From Dehalococcoidia bacterium (lineage in GTDB: Bacteria > Chloroflexota > Dehalococcoidia > Lucifugimonadales > UBA3495), in the NCBI GenBank assembly GCA_022451945.1, contig JAKUNK010000011.1, forward strand, positions 21,255 to 85,254: 64,000 bases of DNA, in the 5' to 3' direction. The position numbers and the translations under genes are program-made. Within the stretch, counting starts at the first letter, position 1, and each line of letters starts with the position of its first letter. The notes under the pieces were generated by a model. It was not told the origin of the DNA. It saw nothing but the letters and a program-made list of their open reading frames with translations, and ran no database searches. Shown here in pieces: positions 62,626 to 64,000 of the stretch.

Positions 62626-63432
62626 ATGCCATCACAAGAGGATTCATTCCCGGACCAACAACTGGGGACCTTTCAGACTCTAGTGGACATCGTGGCACGG
62701 TTGCGTGCCCCCGGTGGCTGCCCTTGGGACCGGGAGCAGACCCATTATTCGCTGAAACGTCACCTTTTGGAGGAGTCCTACGAGGTTATCGAGGCCATCG
62801 ACCAAGGCGACCCTGACAGATTATCCGAGGAGTTAGGAGACCTGCTTGTGCAGATAGCCTTCCATGCGGATATCGCCAGAGAAGCAGGTGATTTTCATCT
62901 CGAAGAAGTACTGCGCAAAATCAACAACAAGTTGGTGCGGCGCCATCCCCACGTTTTCTCCGATGGGCAGGCCAAAGATGCCAGAGAAGTGGAGCGAAAT
63001 TGGGAGCAGATCAAGGCTGAGGAACGTAAAGAAAAAGGCGAGATCAAGTCTCCGGTGCAGGGAATCCCAGCGGATCTACCAGCTCTAGCTTATGCCCAGT
63101 TGATGCAAGACAGGGTTGGCAAGGCTGGGTTCGAGTGGGACGATATCTCAGGTGTGCTGGATAAGCTGGTGGAGGAAGCCGCCGAGTTTAAAGCGGCCAT
63201 CACGCCCGAAGAGAAACAACACGAACTAGGCGACTTACTATTTTCGATGGTCAACCTGACCCGCTGGGCCGGGGCCCACGCTGAGGATGTACTGCGCCAG
63301 GCTAACCAACGCTTCAGCAAGCGCTACCTGGGAATGGAGAACCTGGCAGCTGAACGTGGTTTGAATTTTGAAGCTCTATCTTTAGACGAGAAAGAAGAAC
63401 TATGGCAGGAAGCCAAGCGGCTGGTGGGTTAG
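62626..63432 (+). CDS. mazG: nucleoside triphosphate pyrophosphohydrolase MazG
   Basis: Motifs GCPWDREQTHYSLKRHLLEESYEV and ELGDLL twice, indicating tandem MazG domains. Confidence 0.9.
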   Translation: MPSQEDSFPDQQLGTFQTLVDIVARLRAPGGCPWDREQTHYSLKRHLLEESYEVIEAIDQGDPDRLSEELGDLLVQIAFHADIAREAGDFHLEEVLRKINNKLVRRHPHVFSDGQAKDAREVERNWEQIKAEERKEKGEIKSPVQGIPADLPALAYAQLMQDRVGKAGFEWDDISGVLDKLVEEAAEFKAAITPEEKQHELGDLLFSMVNLTRWAGAHAEDVLRQANQRFSKRYLGMENLAAERGLNFEALSLDEKEELWQEAKRLVG

Positions 63433-64000
63433 TTACCCTCGCTATAACCGAAGTCACCGCCTGCGATATGTCCTGGTTCCAGATAATAGATCCCGCCGGT
63501 CATTACCCTTTCTAACCCCGCAATGAGGGTCTGACCTGCGGTCTGCTGTCCGACTTTGGTTCTACCTAAGAGTCTTTGCCCCAGACTGCGGCCGGGACGA
63601 ACCCACCGCGGAACTGGCTTACACCGTGCAACTTCTGCTACCGCATCCAGAGTGTCTTTAAAATCGCCAATCTCGTCAACCAGCCCCACGCTTATGCCCC
63701 GTTGGGCAGTCATGACTTCGCCAGTCGCTAAATCCCTAACTGCTGAATCTTCCAAAGAACGACCGCTCGCTACCACGGCCACGAAGTTATCGAATATCTC
63801 GTTGATGAGTTCCTGGAATTTTGCTGATTCCCGGTCAGTGGGGCTGCGCCAGAAACCAGTCATGTCTTTGAATTCCCCGCTTTTGTACACGGAGAAATCG
63901 ACACCTACCTTGGACAAGAGTTGCTCGAGCACTGGGCGAAGGTAGATTACGCCTATGGATCCGACCAGCGCGGTTGGCAAGGAGTATATCTTGCTTGCAG
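63429..64000 (-). CDS. sppA: signal peptide peptidase SppA (S49 family), 3' part; the gene continues past the right edge
   Basis: The reading frame stays open to position 64000 (...ASKIYSLPTALVGSIGVIY). This matches the S49 GSIGV nucleophile region. The stop overlaps the mazG end by 4 nt. Confidence 0.8.
   Translation of the reverse strand, partial: ASKIYSLPTALVGSIGVIYLRPVLEQLLSKVGVDFSVYKSGEFKDMTGFWRSPTDRESAKFQELINEIFDNFVAVVASGRSLEDSAVRDLATGEVMTAQRGISVGLVDEIGDFKDTLDAVAEVARCKPVPRWVRPGRSLGQRLLGRTKVGQQTAGQTLIAGLERVMTGGIYYLEPGHIAGGDFGYSEGN

Noticed and set aside
1-64000. Search for mobile elements, prophage genes, CRISPR arrays, toxin-antitoxin pairs and rRNA
   Set aside because: No transposase, integrase, recombinase, Cas, repeat-spacer array or rRNA-like sequence was recognised on either strand. 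The accessory character of the window rests on paralog expansion rather than on visible mobile DNA.

Overview
This is a gene-dense chromosomal segment (about 55% GC by eye) with roughly 70 protein genes, one tRNA-Ile(GAU), and no rRNA, CRISPR array, transposase or integrase that I could recognise. Housekeeping blocks are der-plsY-gpsA, prs, ispH, argF-like, rsmI, mazG, sppA, pcm and a Sir2 deacylase. They are interleaved with a large accessory and catabolic load. That load includes hydantoinase HyuA/HyuB, a three-subunit molybdenum hydroxylase, a four-domain rhodanese, HpaB-type and LLM/F420-type oxygenases, and a LigB-type dioxygenase. It also includes VOC proteins, a TPP enzyme, a thiolase-like/DUF35 pair and a cytoplasmic reductive-dehalogenase-like Fe-S protein. 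The gene content and the strong GGAGG Shine-Dalgarno usage suggest a Chloroflexota (Dehalococcoidia/SAR202-like) organism, but this is inference only. A recurring theme is tandem duplication of small metal-binding proteins. There are four cupin-like paralogs in a row, two desulforedoxin micro-genes (one absent from the ORF track, the other mis-started in it), two CDGSH proteins and two MFS exporters. The candidates most worth follow-up are the cupin array with its DUF429-like partner, a pentapeptide-repeat/TIR fusion gene, the TAT-less RdhA-like gene with a repeat-rich promoter, and the desulforedoxin neighbourhood. All product calls come from reading motifs in the translations. No database search was run.
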